Positions 1-12,504 are shown, counted from the stretch's first letter. The stretch is 64,000 nucleotides of DNA from Octopus sinensis (GCF_006345805.1 NC_043005.1:64418001-64482000); one strand, 5' to 3'. The notes: generated from the letters alone by a model not told the origin. Translations and numbers: made by a program.

Positions 1-19
1 GTTTCAGAGTCGTTAGCAG

Positions 20-110
<91 letters not shown>

Positions 111-611
111 GAAAGTCACTTGACTACAACACGCATCTAAAATGTGTTCCACAACTTGGAACCATTACTCTTGTTATTTTTGTTGGTGATGTTGATAATT
201 TTGATAATAACGCTGATGTGCTTTACTATTTTGTTTCATCAACGTTCTGTCAATGACTTGAATGTTTCTGTTACAATCCGTTTTGCCTCTGTTACTGTGT
301 TTTATTGTTGTTCTTGTTGGCACTGCTATGTTCCAGAAGAAAATGATGATGATGAAGATGATGATGAAGATGATGAAGATAACAGTAGTAGTTATCCTCA
401 TCATCAGCAATAATTCTGTATCGCCACCGTCATCGTTATCTTGATCTACCTCTAGATAAATACTACACCCGTTTCTGGGAGTATGCTAATTGCAAATAGA
501 TTCATTGTAGCTAAAAAAAAAATTCCCGTTTATTGTGCCTCTATATACATGTACGTCAGTGACTAAGTTGTACTTTTAAAGTTTCTTCATGTTTACTGGG
601 TTACTATGCCA

Positions 612-649
<38 letters not shown>

Positions 650-1176
650 TCGATACTATCGGCAACAAAGAGTGATGTTGGAAAGAACAACACAACTGAA
701 AGATGTTTAATGAAAGGCCAGTATACCTCTGTGCTGTTTATGTCAAATATTTTAATATCGCCATTGCTCCCTTCTTCAGAATCCCGTTTTGAACGAAAAG
801 GGCATAACACTAACATAAACAATTAAATTTTATTTAATTGTATTCCTGTATATACTTGTCCAGTGATTTGATTTGAAATCGTACATAGAAAATAAGAATA
901 TCGTACAAAGGCACTTTATTAAACGCACCATTTTGTTTTCTTTCCCCTCATCGTTCTTTGTAACATGTACAACCAGCAGAGCATTCTATCCTATATTTCC
1001 TAGTACAGTAATTCAGTGAATATGAAAGAGTTTTAGAAGTACCACCTACTCACCAATGTTTGGTCGAGTTATAAATACAGCGTCCAGGTTCTGTGCCGTA
1101 AGTCGCGGGTCTATTATGAATCGCTTCCGAAGACATATTGACACTTGTACGTTTTCGTAACCTTAACGCTACAACA

Positions 1177-1179
<3 letters not shown>

Positions 1180-1261
<82 letters not shown>

Positions 1262-1393
1262 TATACATATACACATAATATACATATACATATATATATA
1301 TAATATATGATATATATATATATATGTGGTGTGTGTGGTGTGTGTGGGTATATATGTCATATGTATATATATATAGTATATATATATGTATTA

Positions 1394-1450
<57 letters not shown>
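1180..1450. repeat. (TA)n microsatellite cluster (representative)
   Basis: Similar tracts: (TA)n 21-110, 5270-5370, 63798-63872; (ATT)n 1899-1990; (TCTG/TATG)n 6620-6830; (CT)n 17281-17367; CA-rich 58730-59050. Confidence 0.95.
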
Positions 1451-1455
<5 letters not shown>

Positions 1456-1901
1456 ATGTGTCTCCGCATGTATTTGTGAGTGAATGAGTGCATATGCGTG
1501 TGTGTGTATGTCTGTGTATGTATGTGTATATGTGTGTCTTTTGCTTTTGTGTACTGTAAAGCAAGAAACAAGCTCCTGCCAGGTTTGGTACAAGACACGA
1601 TTTTGAATCTTGGTTCACTTCACTTACACCCCCTTGAGAAAAGCATGAATGGTACGAACGACACCAATATCCCGTTGCTTATATTTTTGCTGTTTCTTGT
1701 TGTAATACAAAGATTATCACAAATACAAATGCAACAGTTGTTGTTGTCGGGTTGTTGTTATGTATGTGTGTGTGTGTGTGTGTGTGTATGTGTCTTGTTA
1801 TCTTGAAAAAATTCATTAACCCTTCCTTTCTCCTCCACCAACACTTATAACATTGATTTCTCGATTTCTCTTCCTTTTTTCACCTTTTCCTTTCTTTTCC
1901 C

Positions 1902-1952
<51 letters not shown>

Positions 1953-2606
1953 TATTATTATTATTAATATTATTGTTATTATCACTGTTATTGTTATTGT
2001 TATTTGAAAAGAAAACTAATGACAAGGTTAAGTAGGCCCTATTTAGAGCAGCTTCCTGTACTATTCTCTCTTCTTAGTTTGTAGTCATTCATACAATAAA
2101 ATTTGTTGAGCATTCACCTTGCTTTCTCTGTGTTAATTTTTTTCACCTCCAAAAATTGCTATAAATTGATTTGATATTATTTTATTTGTCTGGTTAAAAC
2201 CCACGAAATTGTTTCATTTCAGTAGTCTACAGCAATTGTTTCTTTGGGGGAGAAGAACATACCAGTTGCAGTTGCTTGAATATACTTTCAGATGACATAT
2301 AATCCTTGAGACAAAATATATGATTTCAAATTTATATAACAGGAATAAGTGTAATGAATCTTGTGGAGTTCACTGCTTTCGTGTAAACGTTACCAACAAA
2401 ATTCAACTGTTTTGGGAATTACGAAAGCAGCGGCAATACGATGTTAGTGTAAAATGATTTGAATGTCGATTTACCAAATCCACTGACAAGGCTTTGGTTG
2501 GCCCAAGGCTTTAGCAACAAATACTTGGTGTTTAATTCTACTTCTCTACTGCATGAGAAAACTATAATTTTATCCTCTAGAATTAACAATATAAGTACCA
2601 GTGATA

Positions 2607-3750
2607 ATGATAATGTTCGTCCTTCGGTTCGAAGATGACCAACTGACATCATCTGATGGAACTGCCGCCATGAGACCTGAGGTGGCTGGTGAGGCCAATC
2701 CGGGCAAGGAAGCCCCTCCCACAGGTGGGGCAGAAGTGGGTAGGGGCCGTGCTACTGGTGCAGGCGGCTCTGGCTTTACGCATCTGACGTTTCTGCTCCG
2801 CTGACCGAATCCGTCCCTCCTCGGCTGTCCCTGCTCCCACGGTGATTGCGCTGCGCCAGGATGAGCGGTTGGCAGCAAGTGTCTCCCAGGTCTCTGTTCC
2901 GATGGAGAAGTCCTTGAGAGAGACCTTGAGACTATCCTTGTAGCGTTTCTGCCCTCCGACTTTGCGCCTGCCCTGGCCGAGTTCACCGTAGAAGAGCTGT
3001 TTTGTGATGCGAGTGTCGGACATGCGGGAGACGTGGTCCGCCCATCTCAGCTGGGCCTTGCGCATGATTGTGATGGTGCTAGGGAGATCTGCCTGCTTCA
3101 GAACTTCCGTGTCTGGGACTTTGTTCTGCCAGCGGATGTGAAGGAGGTTCCGAGAACACCTGAGATGGAAGTGGTTTATCTGGTGCTCGTGCCTTCGGTA
3201 AGCAGTCCACGTCTCGCAGCCGTATAGTAAGGTGGTAAGCACGACTGCCCGGTAGACTTTCAGCTTGGTGTTGAGGCTGATTCCTCTCCGCTCCCAGACT
3301 TTCTTTCGCAATCTCCCAAACGCGCGTGCTTGCCTTGGAGATTCTGTTGATGGTTTCAGCATCTATGTTGGCATTGCAGGAGAGAGTGCTGGCCAGGTAG
3401 GTGAAGTTTTCCACCACTCGTAGGATCCGTCCGTTCACCCTTATCTGAGGCTCATGGTATTGTTTGCCGGGGGCTGGCTGAAACATCACTTCGGTTTTCT
3501 TGGCACTGATGGTGAGACCGAAGTTGTCACAGGCTGATGAGAACCTGTCCATCTCGAGCTGCATCTCCTGCTCATCGATTGCATTAAGGGCGCAGTCGTC
3601 AGCAAAGAGAAAGTCTCTGACGACTGTCTCCCTCACCTTTGTGACAGCCTGCAATCTTCTGGAGTTGAAAAGTTTCCTGTCTGTCCTGTACTTGATGTCG
3701 ATACCGGACTTGCAGTCCCTAGAGGCGTCGGACAGCATTGCCGAGAACAT
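2607..3750 (-). mobile_element. 5'-truncated RTE-clade (BovB-like) LINE: RT C-terminal half plus C-terminal Cys/His motif
   Basis: ORFs 3079-3816 and 2649-3362 are joined by one frameshift near 3321-3327. Motifs YRTDRKLFN, DFLFADDCAL, LLYGCETW, QLRWADHV, CPTCGRGFLARIGLTSHLRSH; short ATTATC tail; degenerate 11-bp TSD at 2596-2606 and 3751-3761. Confidence 0.92.
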
Positions 3751-5067
3751 TGCCAGTAATAAACTGATGGCTGCATTCTTCAATGTACAACATCCTTTAC
3801 AGAATATCGATTTCAAACCAGGTTTTGGTACATTTTTATATTTTGCGTTATTTTTTTTTTCCTTTCTTTTTTTTTTTTACAAAGGACCATTGTCCGAAAT
3901 GTCGAAAGTTTTTATTCCTTCCTTACAACACATGATTAAAGACTTTACGCTATTGTTTGATCTTTGGGTCAATTTGTTTTTTAAAAGTTTGTGGGCGCAA
4001 AAAGGATAATTGGTTTTGGTGTAAAAACAAAATAATCTAAAATAAGCTTTCAGAAAATTGTCGGAGGGGAGAATTTTCCTCTGAAGCGAGGCACAAGTAC
4101 CAGTTTCAATTCCTGTATAAACCTACCGCCTCTTACACCACCAATTCGCTTTGGAATAAATGGTTTCCTTATAATTTCAATGTTTTGTCCCTAGAAGTAA
4201 AGATGAAAATACGTTTATAACGAAGAAATTAGTTCATTTTCTAAACAGACTATAAAGATAATGTCAGTGAAATGAAAATTATAAAAGAAGTCATGAGTAG
4301 AAATATACATATATTTTTTGAATAAGGTATTTTGGTGGAACTATCCATAAACGATGCTCGTTGTATAGCGTTATGTCATTGATGCTGATCCTGCTGAGAG
4401 ATAAGTCGTCCTTTAAGCAATACCCTGAGGAAACCAGATGTGTTATAATGTAATATCAACACTATAATGCTTTCATATATTCGATTAAAGCCATTCAGCT
4501 TGATCGTGTGAAATGCCTCTGCATCACATCGTCGCAAAAATCTTACTTTCCATTAATGCCCACTAAGTAAAAATATTTCATTTACATACGTGCAGGCGTG
4601 GCTGTGTGGTAATATGCTTGCTTCCCAACCACATGATACGGGGTCCAGTCCCACTGTGTGGCACTTCGGGCAAGTATTTGTTGCTAAAACCTTGGGCCAA
4701 CCAAAGCCTTGTCAGTGGATTTGGTAAACGGAACTTAAAAGAAACCAGTTGCATATGTGTATGTAAATAGATATGTACATATGTATATGTGTGTGTGTGC
4801 GTGCGTGTGTGTGTGTGTGGCGTGTGTGTGTGTTTGGGTGTATGTATGTCTTCGTGTCTATGCTTGTCCCACCATCACCACTTGACAAACGATACTGCTG
4901 TGTTTACGACCCCGTAACTTAGCGGTTCAGCAAAACAATTCGCTAGTATATGCACCAGGCTTTAAATAAATAAGCACTGAGGTCAATACATTCGACTAAA
5001 AATTCTTCAAGGCGATGCCCAAGCATAGCCGCTGTCTTATAACTCAATCAAATAAAAGAAAGATGAA

Positions 5068-5100
<33 letters not shown>

Positions 5101-5268
5101 TTCAGCAAACAATTAGATTCAAATGAATATGGTACTTAATTTAGATGCACCAGAATATTTTATGGTATTACCCATAAAAATATGCAGGGTGATTATTAGA
5201 GAATATAATTCCAAACTTACAGGGGAAAATTCAATTAGATATACTAAGTCAAATCTCACAAAATATTA

Positions 5269-5363
<95 letters not shown>

Positions 5364-5514
5364 ATATTAGAAAAAAACCCCTTTTATCAATTCAACATGA
5401 AAAGATTTAATTATACCATAGAGAAAATAATTACATCCTAAAGAAAAAATCTAACTTATATCAATGATTAAGTACTGTACAAAATAATAAATAAAACGTA
5501 TATATTTGGTAAAA

Positions 5515-5597
5515 TGACTGCACGTGTTTCGTGGCTATATTTAAGAACTGATAATACTAAAATCAATTCAATTTGAATATAGCCACTCCTCAGGTCA
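5515..5597 (-). ncRNA. Type I hammerhead motif with long stem II; U16.1 mutated to C (probably inactive)
   Basis: TGAC CTGAGGA GTGGCTATATT...AATATAGCCAC GAAAC ACGT G C A GTCA. Confidence 0.7.
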
Positions 5598-6249
5598 AAG
5601 ATAAAAACAATAAAATAGTTAAATAAATATACGTATATAATCTTGTAAAATACGAAATATCTTAACAAATATATGCTAGTGTAAATGAAAATAGAAGAAT
5701 AAATAGGTATAAATATTTATTCGATCTATAAAAATAAAATTTTAACTTATATAATAAAAGAATAACAAACTATAAAATATCATTATTACTAGAAAATAAA
5801 ATGCAATTAATTAAATTATTTAAAACATATAAATATATATAGATATATATAAAATACAAAATATAAATTAGGTGAAAACTAAAATACTATAATTTAATCT
5901 ATATACATTAAATTAAATTATTTATTAATTTACATATTTATTTAAGAAACATCTAAGTCAAATCCTATTCCAATTAAGTAATATATACTAAAAAAAACTT
6001 CATGTTAAGTTACATACATAATTCTAGTACAAGCTAAGAATATTATATTTATTATATAAGTTAAAATGCAGCTGGTCATTAAGGGAAGAAGGAAATTCAA
6101 CGTGTTGGAAAAAATGGTTGTCTCCCTTCAAGAAATGCAATAGAGTAGAGTTGACAGGTTCAGGGAGGTTTTCTTTCTTTGGAATGGATCAGAGTTTCCA
6201 AAGATTAAGTCATTTCTAAAAGATGATTGTCCTCGTTGTCCTTTTATAC

Positions 6250-6500
6250 TTGTCTGACACGCGGACAACAAACGATTAGGTGCTTGAAAAGTTCCACTAC
6301 AAATATTTGAAGCTTATATTGAATATCAAGTAACAGATTTGAACACCGAACACCACAATATGCCATAGAATTCGCTGTCCTACTACTAAATCAGAGATCA
6401 TCACTAGCAAAATTCGGTGGGCAAAGCATACTAAGCAGATAAAAAATGGGAATCTTCCAAAACACTTTTCGTTCCGTGAAATGGAAACTGGAAAATGCTA
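6250..6500 (+). mobile_element. Highly decayed RTE LINE fragment
   Basis: Manual translation LEKFHYKYLKLILNIK*Q and IRWAKHTKQIKNGNLPKHFSFREMETGK resembles the RTE thumb region. Confidence 0.55.
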
Positions 6501-6652
6501 ACGAAATAAGAACTACATCAAATGCCGTATTAAAAAAACCTACATTTGTGCATTTGTGAGCAGTTTTACTGACCGCTAAACAAGACAGCGATTATCTGTG
6601 ATGATGAAACAATCACTCTGTCTGTCTGTCTATCTGTCTGCCTGCCTGCCTT

Positions 6653-6683
<31 letters not shown>

Positions 6684-6744
6684 ATCTGCCTGCCTTTCTG
6701 TCTGTCTGTATGTATGTATGTATGTTTGTATGTTTGTATGTATC

Positions 6745-6775
<31 letters not shown>

Positions 6776-7699
6776 CTATGTATGTATGTATGTATGTATG
6801 CATGCATGCTTTGTATGTATGCATGTATGAATTCTATGTATTCATAAGGTTACTGCTTCCTGGGACAGCGATGAGTATAAATATTTGAAATGTACTTCTA
6901 TTGAAATATTCTAAGCCTTCCATTTTTCACATTACACAACATATCACCTTTAACTAGTAATAATGAGAGACTCACGTTAACTTGGAGCTAATGCTCTATC
7001 ATTTTGGTGTATTAACGCTTGTTTATAAACACTTCCAGTAAAGCAATATCTTGGAGAAATTAAAGTAGACGAATGCAAAACAATAAAAAGCAGTTCATGG
7101 ATTTAGGAAGCAGAAAAAATATATAGAAGACTATCGGTTATGGGACGATGCTTTTATCGCATGCCAGCGGTTTAATTAACGCCATTCCTCACTAACAAAA
7201 AGTAAAAACTAAGGAAAGTAATGAGAGTCAGTAAAAGAGAAAGAACAATTAAGTATAAATTGACCTCCCTCAAATAGGAGTTAACTGTGGATGAGAAATG
7301 CCAGCGTTGTAATTAGCTGAAAGAAAAATAATTAACTAGAAATCTGTTAACAGTCAACAGAGAAATGAGAGCGCGCTGAGTGAACGTCACGGAGGCTCCT
7401 CGGGAAAAAAGTCGATTAAGTCTGGAGAAAATCTGGTCTATGGGCAATATAGTTGAAACCTGATGCAGTGTAGCTACAAGAAATATGAAACCAATTTTGT
7501 CTTCGTATTACACCAAAGGAATAAAGTATTAATGATGAAAGCCTCGAGATTTTGAGAGAAAAACTTCAGGACAGGAGAGCACCAGAAAGAGACTTAATTA
7601 TTGAGGGTATCTCATCAACATTTAGCAGAAAAGTCTCGTTAGAAATATTAAAGTATGAATCTGGTTGGCGGTAAGAAACAAATCTAATATGAAAAAACA

Positions 7700-8090
7700 A
7701 AACTATCCACATGGCGAAAAACATCTTATTTCTTCAAGATCACTAATATATTATGAACGCTATACAAACAACTGAGAAGTGAGTTTAGGATCTTTGATAG
7801 CAGAGGTGTAGTGGTATTCGGAAGGGGAAATTTGGTTATAATCTGGCTGGATTACAAGAAAGTATTTGAATCTATTCTCCACTCGTTGATACTTGAGCTC
7901 GTTCGACATATTACTGTTCCACTGATTATAATGAAAGCAATAGAAAACTTGGTTTCTTCCTAAATGGAATTAAATGCAGGAGGTTCTTATTATGTCACTG
8001 ACTGAAAACAATATTAAAAGGTATATTTCAAGTTGAGAGTTATCTTTGTAACCAGCTTCCTCTTTCATAGCACCTAAGAGCGTGCCACAT
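7700..8090 (+). mobile_element. Decayed R4/Dong-like non-LTR retrotransposon RT fragment
   Basis: NLVIIWLDYKKVFESILHSLILE (TGG at 7844) and KGIFQVES (8017) match the WIDYKKAFDSVPH and KGIFQGDS motifs of restriction-endonuclease-type elements; may extend left to about 7000. Confidence 0.55.
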
Positions 8091-8208
8091 TTACATTAGA
8101 ATAGAGCCAACGTGTACCTTGGCTGATGTGCAGAAAACTTTCAGTCAGGCTGAAATAAATTAATACGAGGCGAACTAAGCATCGATGAATGTAATATAGT
8201 TATTTATT

Positions 8209-8379
8209 GGCGCAGGAGTGGCTGTGTGGTAAGTAGCTTGCTTACGAACCACATGGTTCCGGGTTCAGTCCCACTGCGTAGCACCTTGGGCAAGTGTTTT
8301 CTAATATAGCCTCGGGCCGACCAAAGCCTTATGAGTGGATTTGGTAGACGGAAACAGAAAGAAGCCCGTCGTATTTATG

Positions 8380-8451
<72 letters not shown>

Positions 8452-8620
8452 ATTGTGTCTGTGTTTGTCCCCCCAACATCGCTTGACAACCAATGCTGGT
8501 GTGTTTACGTCTCCCTAATTTAGCGGTTCAGCAAAAGAGACCGATTGGGGTCGATTTGCTCGACTAAAGGCGGTGCTCCAGCATGGCCACAGTCAAATGA
8601 AGGAAACGAGTAAAAGAGTA
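8209..8620 (+). mobile_element. SINE family 1 (tRNA-derived head, CORE-like CCTTGGGCAAGT, internal microsatellite); representative copy
   Basis: A box TGGCTGTGTGG, B box GGTTCAGTCCC. Other copies at about 4592-5070(+), 23446-23882(-), 32496-32885(+), 36127-36580(+), 46683-47100(+), 48769-49420(+, interrupted), 58082-58440(+), 60405-60795(-), 61031-61430(+), 61811-61965(+). Confidence 0.9.
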
Positions 8621-8757
8621 TTGTCATATCAAACATTTTCGTGTACACTCAGGCATCTAAAGACAATACGCTGCACAAGCTGTCACGGGAGAAGAAATTC
8701 TCCATATAAGAAATAAGTGTAAATACAGCATTTGACCATGTGACTAAGGTGAGAACC

Positions 8758-8800
8758 GTAGGACGCATGTGTTTCTGCGTTATTACGCTTCATTAGCTAC
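8758..8800 (-). ncRNA. Decayed type I hammerhead motif (G5A)
   Basis: GTAG CTAATGA A GCGT AATA ACGC A GAAAC ACATGC GTC CTAC. Confidence 0.6.
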
Positions 8801-9359
8801 ATATACTGATCCAGCGTACTGTTCGCTCTTATATCATAATAATAAATGGTACATCTGCTATAAGGCGTAAAGCTTGATCAAGCTGTATTAAATTAATCAT
8901 AGGTGCATCAAGCAGCATAGAATGATGTTTAGTAGTGTACGTTCATACTTAACATGTTCCTACACATTCCTACATGGAAAGACAATAACCTCACAAGTTT
9001 TCTCAGATGAACTAATTTTCCATACACAAAATATGGGTCAACTAAACAACACCAGACAATAAAAGCGCGCGCGCGTGAGTGAGTGTGTGTGTGTGTGTAT
9101 GTGTGTGTGTGCGTCGGTAAGGGAGCATTAACCCCTCAGTATTCAATGGTGCGACCTCAGATTTAGAAAATACAATTTACAAAAATCTTCCCACGAAACA
9201 AACTAGTGCCCATCCAGAATCTTCTCAAGCGCCCCAGTGCACCAAAATCTTGCGACGAGCCTGGTGTGCATGTGTGTGTGTGTGTGGTGTGTGTGTGTGC
9301 TCCAATAGCTCTTAATTATTGTTGCTGTTATTTATCACCGAGTGAAGCCTATTATTCTA

Positions 9360-9856
9360 TTGGGTTGTCCGGAAAGTTTGTGCCGATTTATAGTAGCTTA
9401 TCTTTCGATTTATTTTAGAACATGGTTGAGTCCATAAAATAAGATTACATCTCCATTTAGAGCACAGTTTAAGCTATCTTTTCATAAACCTTTAAAATGG
9501 AAGATAAGAAAGTTCATTTTCGGCACTTGATGCTTTGGGAACCAGACAAAAATTGCTGCAGTTCGGCTGGGATGTTTTAACCCATCCTCCATATTCACCA
9601 GATATTGCTCCTTCAGATTTCCACTTATTCAGGTCTCTGCAAAATAGTCTTAATGGTAAAAATTTCAATTCCTTGAATGACGTAAAAATATACTTTGATT
9701 AATTCTTTGCCATGAAACCACCTCAATTCTGGGAAGAGGGTATTTGCAAGTTAAAGGAAAGATGGAGACGCATTGTGCAACAAAATGGTTCATATTTGGT
9801 TGATTAAAAATGTTATGGCAAGTATTTATTGACCTTTCTCTTTCCGGACAACCCAA
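9360..9856 (+). mobile_element. Internally deleted mariner (MITE-like), family A
   Basis: TIRs TTGGGTTGTCCGGAAAG / CTTTCCGGACAACCCAA, TA TSD both sides, [16 protein letters not shown] remnant. Confidence 0.92.
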
Positions 9857-10376
9857 TATTTCGACTTTGTAACATAGACATTTAGTCTTCGCTATCGTCA
9901 CTGATACACATTGAAAACAATGTCTGAAACATCTTGTTTACTGTTTCAAAAAAGGTGCCAATTTTTTCTTAAACCTGTTGCTATTATACACATTGCTTCC
10001 AATGAACCTAAAGCTACTGTAGCCAGCCTTTTTTATAACACAGCTATTAAAGTTCTCTTATTTCCCTATATTTCGGCGACTATTAATTATCTTAAAACTT
10101 ACTTGATTTGCCTCAATAGAAATTCAAATCAGTTGCTAGATTATTGTTCTCTACGTACGTCTTCTAACGGATGACTGTTTTTGTTTGTCTTTAGATTTCT
10201 TTAGATTTCTTTTGCAATGTTAATATTCTCGCTGAGGTTTCGTTTCTGGTTTTTTTTTTCTTCGCCAAAAACGTAGCCAAAAACAAATATCAAGAACTCT
10301 CTTTCCTCCCCTCACACTCACTTTCTCCTTGTATATATGAGTGTGCATGTCTATGCGTATGCGTTTGTGTGTATAT

Positions 10377-10628
10377 GTATGTCTATGGATATGTATATGT
10401 GTGTCTGTGTATGTATACATATATATGTTTGTTTATATGTGCATGTGTGTGTGTATATATATATACACAAACATATATATACATATATGTATATACTGTT
10501 ACTTTCATCCACTGTTTTCTTCTTCTTCTTCTTCTTCCCTCTCTTTCTCTCTCTCTCTCACTCTTTCTCACCCTCTCTTAAGCGACTACCGTTCGGTCTA
10601 AATTTCTAGACTTTATGTATCTTATTAA

Positions 10629-10721
<93 letters not shown>

Positions 10722-10886
10722 ATATATAACATATATATATATATACTTTTATTTTCATCCTCTGTTTTCGTCTTCTTCTTCTTCTCTCTCTCTCTTTCGC
10801 TCTCTCTCTCTCTCTCTCTTTCTCACCCTCTCTTAAGCGACTACTGTTCGGTCTAAATTTCTAGACTTTATGTATCTTATTAACTG
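10377..10886. repeat. Local tandem duplication, ~255-bp period
   Basis: CTCTTTCTCACCCTCTCTTAAGCGACTACYGTTCGGTCTAAATTTCTAGACTTTATGTATCTTATTAACTG ends at both 10631 and 10886. Confidence 0.85.
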
Positions 10887-11306
10887 AAAAGACTTGAATA
10901 AATAATGATGAACAAGTATTGCCATAGTAACTGTCCACTCACAATACTTCTCTCTATTTTTTTCATCTATTATTTCTTATTGTATTTTAAATTTATTAAG
11001 ATTCTTAATGTCCAAACCTTCCCCATCATTAGCTCCCAATTTTTGCTGCATTCGTGCTATTTATGCCATGCTCAACGCATCATTGACGCACAGATAGAAA
11101 AAAAAACAAGAAGGGATATCCGGAAGTAAAGGAGAAAGTATTTTCTATAAAATAAAAAAAATAAAGATAAAAAAATTGGCTGAAAGAGTGGTGGGGGTGT
11201 TGTTCATGTATCTTTAACAATGATTGAATGAATCAATCAGAGATTATAACGGAAGCATGCATGCATACATACATATATACATACATAATACAAGCATACA
11301 TACATA

Positions 11307-11820
11307 CGAGAGTGGGCTTTAAAAAAATTATGGTTTGACTATAAAGGAGTGATTCTGGAGATCTGAAATCCTGCATGCATTAATTCCAACACTTATTAAT
11401 AACTGGATTGTTTCTTTCCAGATAAACTGACTTCAAATTACATAACTAGTGGCGCCCTTGAAAGACAATGATCCAGTACACAAGCCCTTGGTTTCAGTGG
11501 CTGCTGTGTGTAACTGTGGCCTTGAACTGGTTGATCAGCCTCCTTATTCTCCTGATTTGGCCTCACCTCATTATCATTTATTCTCCAGCATGAAAAAACA
11601 ATTGGCTGGTAACCAATATTGCAGTGATAATGACGTCATATCTGCTGTTGACAGCTGTTTTGAGCAACGGGTTAGAAGGTTCTGCAGCAATAGAATCCAA
11701 GCACTGCAGCATCGATGGAAGAAGTGTTGACCACAAGAGGGTTGTGTTGAAAATAAACCTCTTTTGGTCACATTCCTTAAGAGTACCTTGGTCAGCCTAT
11801 GAACTTTTCAGCCGATCGCA
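11307..11820 (+). mobile_element. Decayed internally deleted mariner, family B
   Basis: ORF 11449-11730 ELVDQPPYSPDLAS...IQALQHRWKKC; TA flanks; TIRs degenerate. Confidence 0.75.
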
Positions 11821-12004
11821 TACATGTGTGTGTGTGTGAGTGTATGTGTATGTGGTGTGTGTGTATGTGGTGTGTGTGTGTGTGTGTGTACATTGTTAAA
11901 TCGAATAACTGAACATCAAAAATAGCTAGCAAAACAAGAGGACGTGCGCATGGAATGCATTAGTTTCATGCTTGGTAAAAAGAGAATGTTTTTGACGTTT
12001 CAAG

Positions 12005-12052
<48 letters not shown>

Positions 12053-12075
12053 AAGAAGAGTGCTATGTCATCTAG

Positions 12076-12116
12076 TGAACGATATTTCGACATCTTGTGT
12101 GTCTTCAACAGGTTCA
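12076..12116 (-). ncRNA. Minimal type I hammerhead-like motif with A6U core variant
   Basis: TGAAC CTGTTGA A GACA CACAAGA TGTC GAAA T A TC GTTCA. 5-bp stem I, 4-bp stem II, palindromic ATAT stem III, AUC triplet. Confidence 0.65.
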
Positions 12117-12259
12117 AAAAATAACTTTGTCAATCTACTTCCTTTTGGTTTATATATAAAGGATTGAGGTAACTCCTCCAAAACACATATTATTATTATA
12201 TTATTATTACTATTATTATTATATTATTAATATTATTATTATTATGGTGGTGGTGGTGA

Positions 12260-12297
<38 letters not shown>

Positions 12298-12504
12298 GGA
12301 TGAGGGGAGGAGGAGGAGGAGGAGGAGGAGGATTCGGTTATTTTTGAAAGGTGGTAGTCGAATTCAACGAACCCATCTCGTCACTGATATTTTCTTTAAA
12401 CAGACCCAGATTGATGGACTTCTTACTTGACCCTAAAGGGATTTGAATCCTGAAACTGAATCATTTCAGTCCAACACAACGACGACAGTGAGAAGCATGG
12501 TGGG

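Noticed and set aside
5100-6060. Possible mitochondrial insertion (NUMT) because of extreme AT content
   Set aside because: No mitochondrial protein or rRNA motif recognised in the parts I translated; the block contains a hammerhead and is better explained as an AT-rich repeat. BLASTn to cephalopod mtDNA would settle it.
11988-12005. 3' half of a hammerhead (GCTT GAAAC GTC AAAAA, minus)
   Set aside because: The 5' core is replaced by an (AAT)n run; not counted as a motif.
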